DNA of 64,000 nucleotides. Origin: a virus (lineage: Duplodnaviria > Caudoviricetes). The stretch lies in the IMG/VR virus record IMGVR_UViG_2904156775_000002, positions 1-64,000 of that record. One strand, written 5' to 3'. The notes below the pieces were generated by a model that did no database searches, was not told the origin of the DNA, and was given only the letters and a program-made list of their open reading frames with translations. Shown piece by piece: positions 1-8,596 of the stretch (within the stretch, counting starts at the first letter, position 1; every line of letters starts with the position of its first letter). The translations under genes and the position numbers were made by a program.

Positions 1-582
1 TTAGAGAGTTGGCGCGCCCCACAATCTTTCGATGCCCGTTAGTTCCTGACCACTAAATTCCATTTTGTAAATATCCGGCTTGGAGGCTTGCAGCAAGAAA
101 TTCAAACCATATCGCTTGTCGTAATACCCCATGATTAAAGCCATGATGGCTCCATGCGTACCTATCGCGATCCTCTGTCCTGGATGGGTGGTTAATACAT
201 GACGAATAACTGCGATGGCTCGATTCTGACAGGCTTGATTGGATTCGCCACCTTCTAATGCAAATGAAGGATCGGCATAAGATTGCTCCAGCAGAGGCAT
301 TAGCGTCTCATCAGGCAGTCGAATGTCTTTGCCGTCAAAACTTCTCTCCCTTAAATCCTCTATCTGGATGATGTCTTTCCCCATACGCTGCGCCAAATCC
401 TGAATCGTCAGGATCGCTCGTTGAAAGGGACTGGATACGAATACCTCAATTCCTTCCGCCTCGAGCAGTTCCGTTACTCTGCGCGCATCCGCTATCCCCT
501 TTGGAGTTAGCCCTCTCAATCTTTCTGTACCTTCCATTAAGGGCGAATCCCCGTGCCTGACCATGTAGATATAGGTTATCAT
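1..582 (-). CDS. Histidine phosphatase (phosphoglycerate mutase) family protein
   Basis: RHG motif (MVRHGDS), SSPFQRAILT, LRER, GTHG. GGAGG RBS supports a start at ATG 582 rather than 627. Confidence 0.9.
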   Translation of the reverse strand: MITYIYMVRHGDSPLMEGTERLRGLTPKGIADARRVTELLEAEGIEVFVSSPFQRAILTIQDLAQRMGKDIIQIEDLRERSFDGKDIRLPDETLMPLLEQSYADPSFALEGGESNQACQNRAIAVIRHVLTTHPGQRIAIGTHGAIMALIMGYYDKRYGLNFLLQASKPDIYKMEFSGQELTGIERLWGAPTL

Positions 583-783
583 TGGGCCTCCAACTTTTAT
601 GCTAGATTGATATTGATCAACAGTCACAATAAGTGAACAACAAATGGCGTATCACTATTCAACCGTCTTAATGACTAAATCAAATAACTATAGCAGTACT
701 GCATCATTAATGCTTTACTATTGATGGAAAATAATTTATTAAATAGATTTTTATGATAATATATGTTGAAGGGGTGAGTTTGA

Positions 784-1158
784 ATGACAAAATTTCCAAC
801 GAGACTTTTGGAAGCACGTATGAAGAGCACACTGACTCTTAATCAGGTCAGTGAAGCAACGGGGGTAGACGTATCCATAATTAATCGATTAGAGACTGGC
901 GAGTACAATGCTGAACCAATCATTCTCTGCACATTGGCAAGCCTCTATGGAGTTTCTGCAGACTGGCTGATCGGTAGCATTAATAATCCCGACAGAACCC
1001 TTTCTGAAAACGAAAAAGCAGCAGCAGCAGCTATCCGTTCGTACGATTTAACAGCGTTTCTTGAGCAGCCATTCGTGCACAACGGGAAACCATTAAACCG
1101 CGAAGCAAAAAAGAAGTTGTACGTGATGGCCCAGCTTCTTCTTGATCAAGATGAGTAA
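784..1158 (+). CDS. XRE-family helix-turn-helix transcriptional regulator
   Basis: RL..AR....LTL.QVSEATGV..S.I.RLETG....P..LASLYGVSADWLIG is a typical HTH_3 pattern. Confidence 0.9.
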   Translation: MTKFPTRLLEARMKSTLTLNQVSEATGVDVSIINRLETGEYNAEPIILCTLASLYGVSADWLIGSINNPDRTLSENEKAAAAAIRSYDLTAFLEQPFVHNGKPLNREAKKKLYVMAQLLLDQDE

Positions 1159-1438
1159 GGAAGGAATCAATTAATTTACGATTCCTATCAGTCGGAGCTG
1201 CTATTTTATTCAAAAAATCTATTATTGAAACTGTATTCAATTTATCCATTATTATAATCACCCAATTTCTACTATTGAATTAATCGCTATATCATTTCCA
1301 TTTAAACCCACTCCTTCTAAATACACCAGTATTATTCGTGGCCCCAATCTTTTGAACCAATCGACACAAAGCGACACTTCTCGTATAATTCATGTGCTAT
1401 ACTATGTCATTTACAAAAATGAGGCTCGACCATTTAGG

Positions 1439-1834
1439 TCAAGCCTCATTCATGCAATTATATCCTGGCTGTATCTGACGATTTTTTAAATTCAATTCCT
1501 CCATAATCGCCTCGTACTTTGGCCGTGACATATTGCACCATTTTGTATCAGGCCCTACATCATTATCAAAGCAGGCTCTGGAGAAAACTGGATCGAGATA
1601 CGTAATATTGTTCATATTTATCGCTGCTGTTCGATCGCATAATTTAAAAGTAAAACCCTGCTGATTCAACACTTCTATCCAGTAGCTTAATGTACCTTTG
1701 AAATGATAACTTTCATTTGTAGTATGAAACAGCACATTTTTCTTACGCTTATCGCACTCAATAAAATGAATATCCTTGATTTTCACAAGTACAAGTCCAT
1801 TCTCTCCATTAACGGATATGACCACTAACACCAA
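1439..1834 (-). CDS. Stand-alone LytTR DNA-binding domain protein (no receiver domain)
   Basis: VKIKDIHFIE...VLFHT...TL...F..CDRTAAINMNNI matches LytTR. Only 131 aa. Last gene of the agr-like operon. Confidence 0.85.
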   Translation of the reverse strand: MVLVVISVNGENGLVLVKIKDIHFIECDKRKKNVLFHTTNESYHFKGTLSYWIEVLNQQGFTFKLCDRTAAINMNNITYLDPVFSRACFDNDVGPDTKWCNMSRPKYEAIMEELNLKNRQIQPGYNCMNEA

Positions 1835-1842
1835 CTCCAGTT

Positions 1843-1974
1843 TTAGTTCTTTATTAGCAACTCATCTGGCAAGTCTTCTTGATGTACGAATAACCAGCAC
1901 GGACCGACCGCGATGACAACGGCAAGCGATGAGAGCGCTTTTGCCAATACGGAGAATAGAGCTGTTTTAAGCAT
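1843..1974 (-). CDS. agrD: AgrD-like cyclic (thio)lactone autoinducer precursor, 43 aa (absent from ORF track)
   Basis: My translation: MLKTALFSVLAKALSSLAVVIAVGPCWLFVHQEDLPDELLIKN. Amphipathic leader, C-W-L-F-V ring, HQ..LP.EL tail. GGAGG RBS; overlaps the agrB stop. Confidence 0.9.
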   Translation of the reverse strand: MLKTALFSVLAKALSSLAVVIAVGPCWLFVHQEDLPDELLIKN

Positions 1975-2476
1975 GTCTAACCTTACCTCCTTTCAAATGG
2001 AATAACATAATGGACTGAGCCAAAAATGCCGCTGCAATGATTGGAGACTGCACAATAAAATTAATGCTTACGATTCCCGTTGAAATAACACGGAGATAAC
2101 GAAAATATCGTTTTGGAAATAGCGTTCTGCCTTCTATTCTGGATGGCGCGAATACAAGCACAATTAGGACGCTTATCGCTGTCATAGTATGAACTACAGG
2201 CAAGCTGAAATCGGAAAATGAAAGAAGGGTCGCTCCGACTGTTGTCACTATAATACACATTTCAGATGAACCGAGATGAATGCCGCCTGATGTCTGTCTT
2301 AGCAATCCAAATGCGGCCAATGCGATCCACATTTCCGATAACCGCCCTGTGACCAATCCAATAACAGTTGTAATTAAAATAATCGGGATGACATTTAACA
2401 AAAAAGCTAACGTATGCCTGATTCGGCCTACTCGGTCTGAATACTCAGGAACAACTGCCACAATTCTCTCGGCCAT
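1967..2476 (-). CDS. agrB: AgrB-family peptide-processing membrane protease
   Basis: LRQTSGGIH....MC carries the catalytic His/Cys motif; FAP motif; multiple TM segments. The reading frame is open about 9 codons further upstream to a CTG, so the start may be earlier. Confidence 0.9.
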   Translation of the reverse strand: MAERIVAVVPEYSDRVGRIRHTLAFLLNVIPIILITTVIGLVTGRLSEMWIALAAFGLLRQTSGGIHLGSSEMCIIVTTVGATLLSFSDFSLPVVHTMTAISVLIVLVFAPSRIEGRTLFPKRYFRYLRVISTGIVSINFIVQSPIIAAAFLAQSIMLFHLKGGKVRHA

Positions 2477-2499
2477 TTTAGTAGCCAGTCCCTTAATTC

Positions 2500-3120
2500 T
2501 CAGTGCTCTCTCTCCTTTTTTATCGCATAATATAAAAATAGAGCCATGGATCCAATGAAAAACATGCCGGCTAGCAATAGGTTTTCACTGTACATTATGA
2601 AAATAAACGCACCCAAAAACAGTAACGATATTCCGTATATAAGTGGTCTCTCAAATTTAAATTCAAGCCTCTCGAATTCATTAGTAAATCCGATACCGAA
2701 TTTGTAAAGCAACTTTCCAATTACTAAACCCAATACACCTGTTAATAATTGTATCTGATAGCGCGTAAAATTTTGGTCGTTAAGACCATCCAATGATCCG
2801 AATAACGTCGAAACAATCAAGAACTGCAGCAATGAAAACGAAAGGAAGCCAATGGCACCTGATGCTAGGGCACCAATTATCGGCAGACCGGCTATGTATT
2901 TCATAAATAATATCGAAAACAAAATATTAATAACTGGAACGACATACGATATATCCGTTGATTTCAATATCAAGTAGCTTTGCAGATTTGTGAGTGTGAT
3001 AATGATTAGTACCGGTATTATGAATTTTCGAAGATCGAACCTAAATATGTAAAGCATCAATGCGTAAACTGCAAGACCTTCGATTGTAGCAAAAATCATG
3101 GAAACTAGAACATTCCACAT
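2500..3120 (-). CDS. Polytopic membrane protein resembling an AgrC-type sensor region without kinase domain
   Basis: About 6-7 hydrophobic segments, first gene of the agr operon, no H-box or HATPase motif. Confidence 0.65.
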   Translation of the reverse strand: MWNVLVSMIFATIEGLAVYALMLYIFRFDLRKFIIPVLIIITLTNLQSYLILKSTDISYVVPVINILFSILFMKYIAGLPIIGALASGAIGFLSFSLLQFLIVSTLFGSLDGLNDQNFTRYQIQLLTGVLGLVIGKLLYKFGIGFTNEFERLEFKFERPLIYGISLLFLGAFIFIMYSENLLLAGMFFIGSMALFLYYAIKKEREH

Positions 3121-3224
3121 GGCAAATCATCCCTTCGGGCTTTGATTAAAGCTGTACCATCGCCCCTCCCGTTATGAAATGGCAGACTAGATTCAACAAG
3201 TTAATTTTTAGTGATGATAATTGA

Positions 3225-3252
3225 ATTATATGGCATAACCACATAAATACAA
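3225..3252 (-). promoter_or_regulatory. sigmaA-type promoter of the agr-like operon
   Basis: Minus strand TTGTAT-16 nt-TATAAT. Confidence 0.55.
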
Positions 3253-3443
3253 GACTTTATTGTATTTTTTTGTTTCTTTTGCTCGAAGTAATGCTATTAG
3301 AAGATATCATCTGTTGCTTTACGCAAAAACACCTCTACATTTACTCCCATATCTGAAGTTATGGTTTCAAATTATTGAGGTGTTCTGCCCAGGTCTACAG
3401 AGAAAGGAATAACTAGACTGCTCCTTTTTTCTATCATATGATT

Positions 3444-3659
3444 TTAGCTAATGCCTGCCTTTTTTAGTGCGCGACTATAGATAGGTGCACTTCTCATCAT
3501 TTTTTTTACTTCCTCAAATCCGAATAATTCTTCATAGGTTTTTCTGTATGTAAAATATTTTGATTCAAACTTTCGCAAATCTGTTTTAGAACGAAAGATC
3601 AAGGGGACTTCATTCCCATCAGGTAGTACAAAACGTGTATAAATTTTGCTATGGTTCAT
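3444..3659 (-). CDS. Small hypothetical phage-type protein
   Basis: ORF with RBS, overlapping the stop of the upstream ORF (ATGA). Confidence 0.6.
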   Translation of the reverse strand: MNHSKIYTRFVLPDGNEVPLIFRSKTDLRKFESKYFTYRKTYEELFGFEEVKKMMRSAPIYSRALKKAGIS

Positions 3660-3997
3660 GATTTCCTCCCTAGTTCTACAACATTAGTATTCCGAAAATA
3701 AAATAATTCATCGCAATAAAGATCCAATAATTCTTTTAGATGTCTGTTTCCGTTTGTGCAAAAAGCGAGTGACCACGATAATAAATCTTGGTCGAACCAC
3801 TCAAACCTATACATTAACTTATGACCTCTTCTATGGATGGAGCTGCATCTAATTATAGTTGTAAAAATGTTATGTTTTAAATTATATTTGGAACCTACTG
3901 TTATCATAGGCGCATCCACTTCCCGACTGCTGCAAGCTGCCGCATCTGACTGATCTAAATACTCTGTTCCACATTTCATACACTGATGCATAATCAT
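3656..3997 (-). CDS. Hypothetical protein with N-terminal CxxC (possible Zn finger)
   Basis: HQCMKCG...C; GGAG RBS. Confidence 0.6.
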   Translation of the reverse strand: MIMHQCMKCGTEYLDQSDAAACSSREVDAPMITVGSKYNLKHNIFTTIIRCSSIHRRGHKLMYRFEWFDQDLLSWSLAFCTNGNRHLKELLDLYCDELFYFRNTNVVELGRKS

Positions 3998-4073
3998 TCA
4001 CTCCTGCCTCATTTTAATGTAACAAATTAAATAAAAAAATTATTAACTCTCAAAATAGTTAAATCAAGCACAT

Positions 4074-4274
4074 CTAAAGCATCATTTCCTTATGTCTCTG
4101 AATCCATTCCATATAGCTATTATATGTACTTGCCTCTAATTCAGCTTTGATGAATGGAAGAGCCTGTTCTACAGCCATAATTTCAAATGCTGATGGGCTG
4201 TCTTTTTCTTTTGTACTGTAGCTAAACAATAAATTAATAATGATTTCTCTAGAACCTGCTTCAGTAATCTCCAT
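4074..4274 (-). CDS. Small hypothetical protein
   Basis: ORF with AAGGA RBS in a co-oriented cluster. Confidence 0.55.
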   Translation of the reverse strand: MEITEAGSREIIINLLFSYSTKEKDSPSAFEIMAVEQALPFIKAELEASTYNSYMEWIQRHKEMML

Positions 4275-4350
4275 GATTGCTTTCCTTCTTTCCTAAATAT
4301 ATTAAACATTCAATATCATTAACTCTTATATGAGTAGAGGGTAACTCCCC

Positions 4351-4584
4351 CTAATAGGCTATAGATAAGGATGCGCTAAACTTTATCTTTTTTAGTGTAA
4401 TATCCAGCGCGTACATGTTCCCATCATATAAATCTATAAACCGGTCTAAATCATCCATGGTTTTAATATATTTCATCAATTCCACATACAAAAAAGAGTC
4501 CTGCTTCACGCCACAACAATGCTCCACCCACTCAAAAAAATGTTCAACTGAATCCTCCCAATTATAAAGCAATGAAACATTCAA
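4351..4584 (-). CDS. Small hypothetical protein
   Basis: TTG start with strong AAGGAGG RBS. Confidence 0.6.
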   Translation of the reverse strand: MNVSLLYNWEDSVEHFFEWVEHCCGVKQDSFLYVELMKYIKTMDDLDRFIDLYDGNMYALDITLKKIKFSASLSIAY

Positions 4585-4703
4585 CTAATTATCCTCCTTA
4601 TCATATTTTTTCCTCTTTTCCACATTAGCACGTAAGCTTGTAATTAAAAAGATAAAAATTTGATCTTTATTTTTTTCTTTACATTCAAATCGTATTATGC
4701 ATC

Positions 4704-5183
4704 TTAGTATTCGAATTTTCCAATAAATGAGTCATGATGTGTATCTTTTTCTTTACCTAATGCCTTTATAAGAATTTTAATAGCTTCTCCTGTTACTCTA
4801 ACCTCTTCTCCATTTATAAAAATCACTCTTCTATAATAAGAATTGAAATTCATAATTTTATCTTTATTAATTACAAATCCTTTATTCAAATAGCAATAGT
4901 TTTTATTCTTCTCTACCAGATACTCTAATAAGCTGTACGCCGAATTATGAAATGGGATTTCGGAAGTTAAGGTATGTATATACACTTTCCCTTTTTGTGG
5001 TGTACTGACATATAGAACTTCATTGGGATCCAGCAACCGCATTGTGTTGTTTTCCAGGGGTAAAAATAATAGACCCGTTTCACTTACATTATTTGATATG
5101 ATTTCTATAATTTTATTCTTATAGTTAAATGAATAATGACTGATTTCATTTCTTAACATCTTCAGTAAACGATCACTGTTCAT
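4704..5183 (-). CDS. Second stand-alone LytTR-domain regulator
   Basis: LLDPNEVLYV....GKVYIHT...L...YLNKGFVINKDKI..F...V.F.NGE.V.V. Confidence 0.75.
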   Translation of the reverse strand: MNSDRLLKMLRNEISHYSFNYKNKIIEIISNNVSETGLLFLPLENNTMRLLDPNEVLYVSTPQKGKVYIHTLTSEIPFHNSAYSLLEYLVEKNKNYCYLNKGFVINKDKIMNFNSYYRRVIFINGEEVRVTGEAIKILIKALGKEKDTHHDSFIGKFEY

Positions 5184-5443
5184 GACATGGATCTCCTCCC
5201 TTCCGTTAACAGTCCATTAGTCACTATTCTATATATTCAATATGATAATATATGACAAACCTATTATCATTTAATGGGACAATAGCACTACAAGTATAGC
5301 AAATGCTGTTATTACGAAGCAAGTTTCTGGAACGTATCAACAGCTATCATAGAGATGCAGCTTTAACTTATCAATTTATAGTATGGATTCTCCTTTTTTA
5401 TGAAATATAGCATTTTTCATTTTAAAAAATCAAGCCAACGAAA

Positions 5444-5475
5444 AAATATCCTAAAAGTTTCCCTTTAGGATATTT
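5444..5475 (-). terminator. Hairpin terminator after the mrpR-like gene
   Basis: AAATATCCTAAA-8 nt-TTTAGGATATTT inverted repeat with a T-run on the minus strand. Confidence 0.55.
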
Positions 5476-6436
5476 CATAGAGTTCCCGTATGGTTCTTTC
5501 ATTCAAAAAATCATCTTTGTAGCGTCTTAATGTCGTTTCATTAAAATTAAATTGCAGAGCGATTTCTTTGTAGCCCACTTTATCCAAATTGCCGTTCATC
5601 AATAATTGCTTTGCCTTCGCCAGCATCCCTGAATACATGATCGATGTAGGGTTTAGCTTTGGCTCATTAAAGTATTCAGCTACTGTGGAGTATCTTCGAT
5701 AAACAACCATTCCATCGGCCTCTTGAGTGTTTTTCACACCAATGTCTACAGACCGAACTATAAATTCATTGCTTATCAGATGCGCCGTTTCCGATTTTAT
5801 CCCCTTCTCCGGATTGCCGTTGCTTTTAATGAATTCTTCTTCCTTCATAGCCTGATGGCATAATCTAATAAATTCATGATCCACTTGTACCGTTCTTACA
5901 CTTTTGTCCAGGTCGACTAATCTGGCTGTCATAGTTTCATCATCGATATCTGATTTTTTCAGGTTTACGATTTCAGAATTTTCCGTCCCCTTAATGCCTA
6001 TAAACGGTGCATAAAAGACGATTGCAACCTGTGCAGATACAATGCCATTCACCATTTCTTTAATCTCTGAATCTGTCCAATAGTTTTTTTCAGGCTTGAC
6101 CACAAACTGCTCTTTCCAGCGAACATCCACAGTCTCAAGCGGATTAATCCCATTATAATATTCTTCATCAATGGCCCAATCAATATATCCAGAGACGTAT
6201 TGAACGGTTGACTTTGATGCACTTGGGGTGGACGCCATGAAAGTAAAAAACAGCTTTCGCAATTCTTCTCGCGTAAAGGTAAATAGCTCTTTATCCATAT
6301 CTGACTCAAAGACCTGTGTAATTTTAAAAATTCGCTCCAAGTTTTTTTGAGTGCCTTTTTTGTGGGAACTGATATATTCTCTTTTCACTTCAGCATTATA
6401 CATTTTATCTTCATAAACAATGTTAGACATTCGCAT
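5465..6436 (-). CDS. mrpR: MrpR/YopR-like phage lytic-cycle repressor (degenerate tyrosine-recombinase fold)
   Basis: MYNAEVK..YI start, SAM-like N-domain, GIKG.E.SEI.NLK, SIMYSGM. Lies downstream of a YopQ-like gene as in SPbeta. Catalytic R/HxxR residues not evident. RBS favours a start at 6436 or 6430. Confidence 0.75.
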   Translation of the reverse strand: MRMSNIVYEDKMYNAEVKREYISSHKKGTQKNLERIFKITQVFESDMDKELFTFTREELRKLFFTFMASTPSASKSTVQYVSGYIDWAIDEEYYNGINPLETVDVRWKEQFVVKPEKNYWTDSEIKEMVNGIVSAQVAIVFYAPFIGIKGTENSEIVNLKKSDIDDETMTARLVDLDKSVRTVQVDHEFIRLCHQAMKEEEFIKSNGNPEKGIKSETAHLISNEFIVRSVDIGVKNTQEADGMVVYRRYSTVAEYFNEPKLNPTSIMYSGMLAKAKQLLMNGNLDKVGYKEIALQFNFNETTLRRYKDDFLNERTIRELYEIS

Positions 6437-6446
6437 CAATCCCCTC

Positions 6447-7775
6447 TTAATCCAGGATATTATCCACTTGGGATTCAATAAATTCTCTAATTTGCGATTT
6501 CACCTTGTTGCTATTCGTTTTTCCTTGTCCTCCCATGATATCATTAAGCGGAGAGCTAACTTTGTTAAAGTTAATATGATCTATAACCGCTACAATCTTA
6601 TCGACTGGAAAGTCTTTGCCGTACCTGTCGTATAGTTTCTTGGCAATGGCAATAAAACCAACATGCATATTATGATGGCTAATCCAAGATGATTCGAGGT
6701 TTTTAATTCTATTCTTTACTAGCTCAGATTCATAAGAAGGAATCAAATATTCATAAAACTTTTTCAGAACATCTTGTATGTCGTACCTATCCTTTGTATT
6801 TTCAGGCTCGAATATGTCTTGAATAGCTTCTGACAGGATCGCAAAATTAGTAATTGATATTTTTTTGTCTACTGCCGTTTTAATTTCAATCCGATTGTGG
6901 AGCACAGGGATTGTCATCAAATATTTCGCGATTTCTTGTCCATATTGTTCTCCGCCATAATATTTAGTTAATGTTTTATCAAATGGATTAACCGTATTCG
7001 TTATGGCTAATAGCTTTTGAGCTTTTTCTAAAGGGTAATGCTTAAGATCAATATTCATATATCCTTCGAATTCAGGATCCTCTTCTATAATTCGAATGAC
7101 CGCTTCCAAGCGATGAGCTCCATCAATAATATTGAGTGTTGATTCTTTATGAATGGTCAACTCGCCGCTATTAAAGCTGATACTGCTATTTCCATCTACA
7201 AGCACATTAAACAATAAAGTAGAAGGGTTATATTTTCCTTCCTTCATGAGCTTTACGATATTACTTACACTTGCATTTTTTATATTTCTTTTTTTAATGA
7301 TTTTACCTGTTTTTGAAATGGTTTTTTTGGCTAGTCGCTGAGTGTCAAAATTGTAAGTGAGCAAACCGCTATTGGCTAGAGCAGCCAAATCCTTAAATGA
7401 TATAGCAGTCAAGTAATCCTCATTCGTTACTCTGATAACAGGACTAAATGTATATGGAAAGGCGATTTCCTCAGGCTTAGAAAACGCAAAGTATTTAATA
7501 GCTTTTATCGTGTTAAGATCAAAATAATTTTTGACAAATAAAGTTTCGTTTTGAGTAACCGTATGTATTCCGTTTGTAATGACTGCTAATTCCTCTGTAG
7601 AAAGAAATCCAACCTTTTCAGGATTAGCAACTAACTCAATAAATGTTCCCCTCATCATTTCATGATGCTCGACTAGATACTCTTCTATCATTCGTTGCTG
7701 ATTTCTATGTTTCGCAATAGAAGAAAGTTCTTCTGAAAGCACCTCATAAATATTTTTCTCTTCTGTTTTCATCAT
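6447..7775 (-). CDS. DGQHR/DndB-domain protein (SPbeta YopQ-like)
   Basis: YNFDTQR and IIDGAHRL motifs; about 440 aa; coupled to the mrpR-like gene. Confidence 0.8.
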   Translation of the reverse strand: MMKTEEKNIYEVLSEELSSIAKHRNQQRMIEEYLVEHHEMMRGTFIELVANPEKVGFLSTEELAVITNGIHTVTQNETLFVKNYFDLNTIKAIKYFAFSKPEEIAFPYTFSPVIRVTNEDYLTAISFKDLAALANSGLLTYNFDTQRLAKKTISKTGKIIKKRNIKNASVSNIVKLMKEGKYNPSTLLFNVLVDGNSSISFNSGELTIHKESTLNIIDGAHRLEAVIRIIEEDPEFEGYMNIDLKHYPLEKAQKLLAITNTVNPFDKTLTKYYGGEQYGQEIAKYLMTIPVLHNRIEIKTAVDKKISITNFAILSEAIQDIFEPENTKDRYDIQDVLKKFYEYLIPSYESELVKNRIKNLESSWISHHNMHVGFIAIAKKLYDRYGKDFPVDKIVAVIDHINFNKVSSPLNDIMGGQGKTNSNKVKSQIREFIESQVDNILD

Positions 7776-7814
7776 TCTCAACTCCTTTAAATACAAATTT
7801 TCATTCCATTGATG

Positions 7815-7823
7815 ATTATAGCA
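7815..7823 (-). promoter_or_regulatory. Extended -10 promoter for the yopQ-mrpR-like operon
   Basis: TGcTATAAT on the minus strand about 40 nt upstream of the start codon. Confidence 0.55.
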
Positions 7824-7888
7824 CAACAATATGTAAAAAAAAATACATCCTCCTGCAACCTAATTTGTTTATTCCTACGAATAAATAG

Positions 7889-7927
7889 GAACATATGTTT
7901 GCTTAATCTAATAGATCATGCTATGAT
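7889..7927 (+). promoter_or_regulatory. LexA (Cheo) box overlapping a rightward sigmaA promoter
   Basis: GAACATATGTTT (7889-7900) overlaps -35 TTGCTT (7899-7904); 17-nt spacer; TGcTATGAT. Confidence 0.7.
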
Positions 7928-7969
7928 TGCCGTATACAAGACTCGTTTACTTTCATAGACCGTAAGGAG

Positions 7970-8209
7970 ATGATTTCAATGAATTCCAACTTTTATGTAG
8001 CTGGCCGGCTTATCGTTCCTATTTATCTTGAGGTACAAGAATCTTGTACAAAATATGCAATTCAAGCAGCTTCCAAAGCGCTTAGTACGAATACAATCTC
8101 CGTACTTCATGGCAATATCCACACCTGGAATGGCAAAGAATACCCGATTATCGCCAATAGAATTCATGTTGACTGGTATGAAACAGTTAAAAAAGAAGAG
8201 ATGATTTAG
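7970..8209 (+). CDS. Small hypothetical protein
   Basis: AAGGAG RBS; first ORF after the LexA-box promoter. Confidence 0.6.
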   Translation: MISMNSNFYVAGRLIVPIYLEVQESCTKYAIQAASKALSTNTISVLHGNIHTWNGKEYPIIANRIHVDWYETVKKEEMI

Positions 8210-8247
8210 CCGTACTGACATTTTTGTCTTTACTAAAAGGTCATACA

Positions 8248-8277
8248 TTGACTTTTATTTTTTCAAAATGATAGATT
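8248..8277 (+). promoter_or_regulatory. Second putative sigmaA promoter upstream of the RNA polymerase gene
   Basis: TTGACT-18 nt-TAGATT with a TG extension. Confidence 0.45.
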
Positions 8278-8338
8278 ATCAATGGAATTATAAAAACATA
8301 TTCTTCATTCTTAATAATGAAGCTAACTACATGAAGGA

Positions 8339-8575
8339 GTGAACCAATCACCATGCACAACTATTCTAAGGAGAAAAACGATGAAAACGTATATCAAAAC
8401 AGGACTATCCAAACTTAGCTATCAGGATCTCTATTACGACGGTTTTCTTGGATATGGGGAAAGTTTCGATGAAGACACATCAGAAATTATACCCATACAA
8501 GATTACTGGACTCTTGTCTATAATTCCGTACAGCAGCAGCGGGAATCCTATAACTACACTCATACTAATAAATGA
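8339..8575 (+). CDS. Small hypothetical protein preceding the RNA polymerase
   Basis: AAGGAG RBS before the internal ATG at 8381 (MKTYIKT), the likelier start. Confidence 0.6.
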   Translation: MNQSPCTTILRRKTMKTYIKTGLSKLSYQDLYYDGFLGYGESFDEDTSEIIPIQDYWTLVYNSVQQQRESYNYTHTNK

Positions 8576-8596
8576 CAGCAGACTGGAGCGAGCGTT

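Noticed and set aside
5465-6436. Active tyrosine integrase
   Set aside because: Catalytic R...HxxR residues are not evident; it matches the repressor MrpR better.
6447-7775. DNA phosphorothioation (dnd) system
   Set aside because: Only a DGQHR/DndB-like domain is present; there is no dndACDE, and the context fits YopQ.
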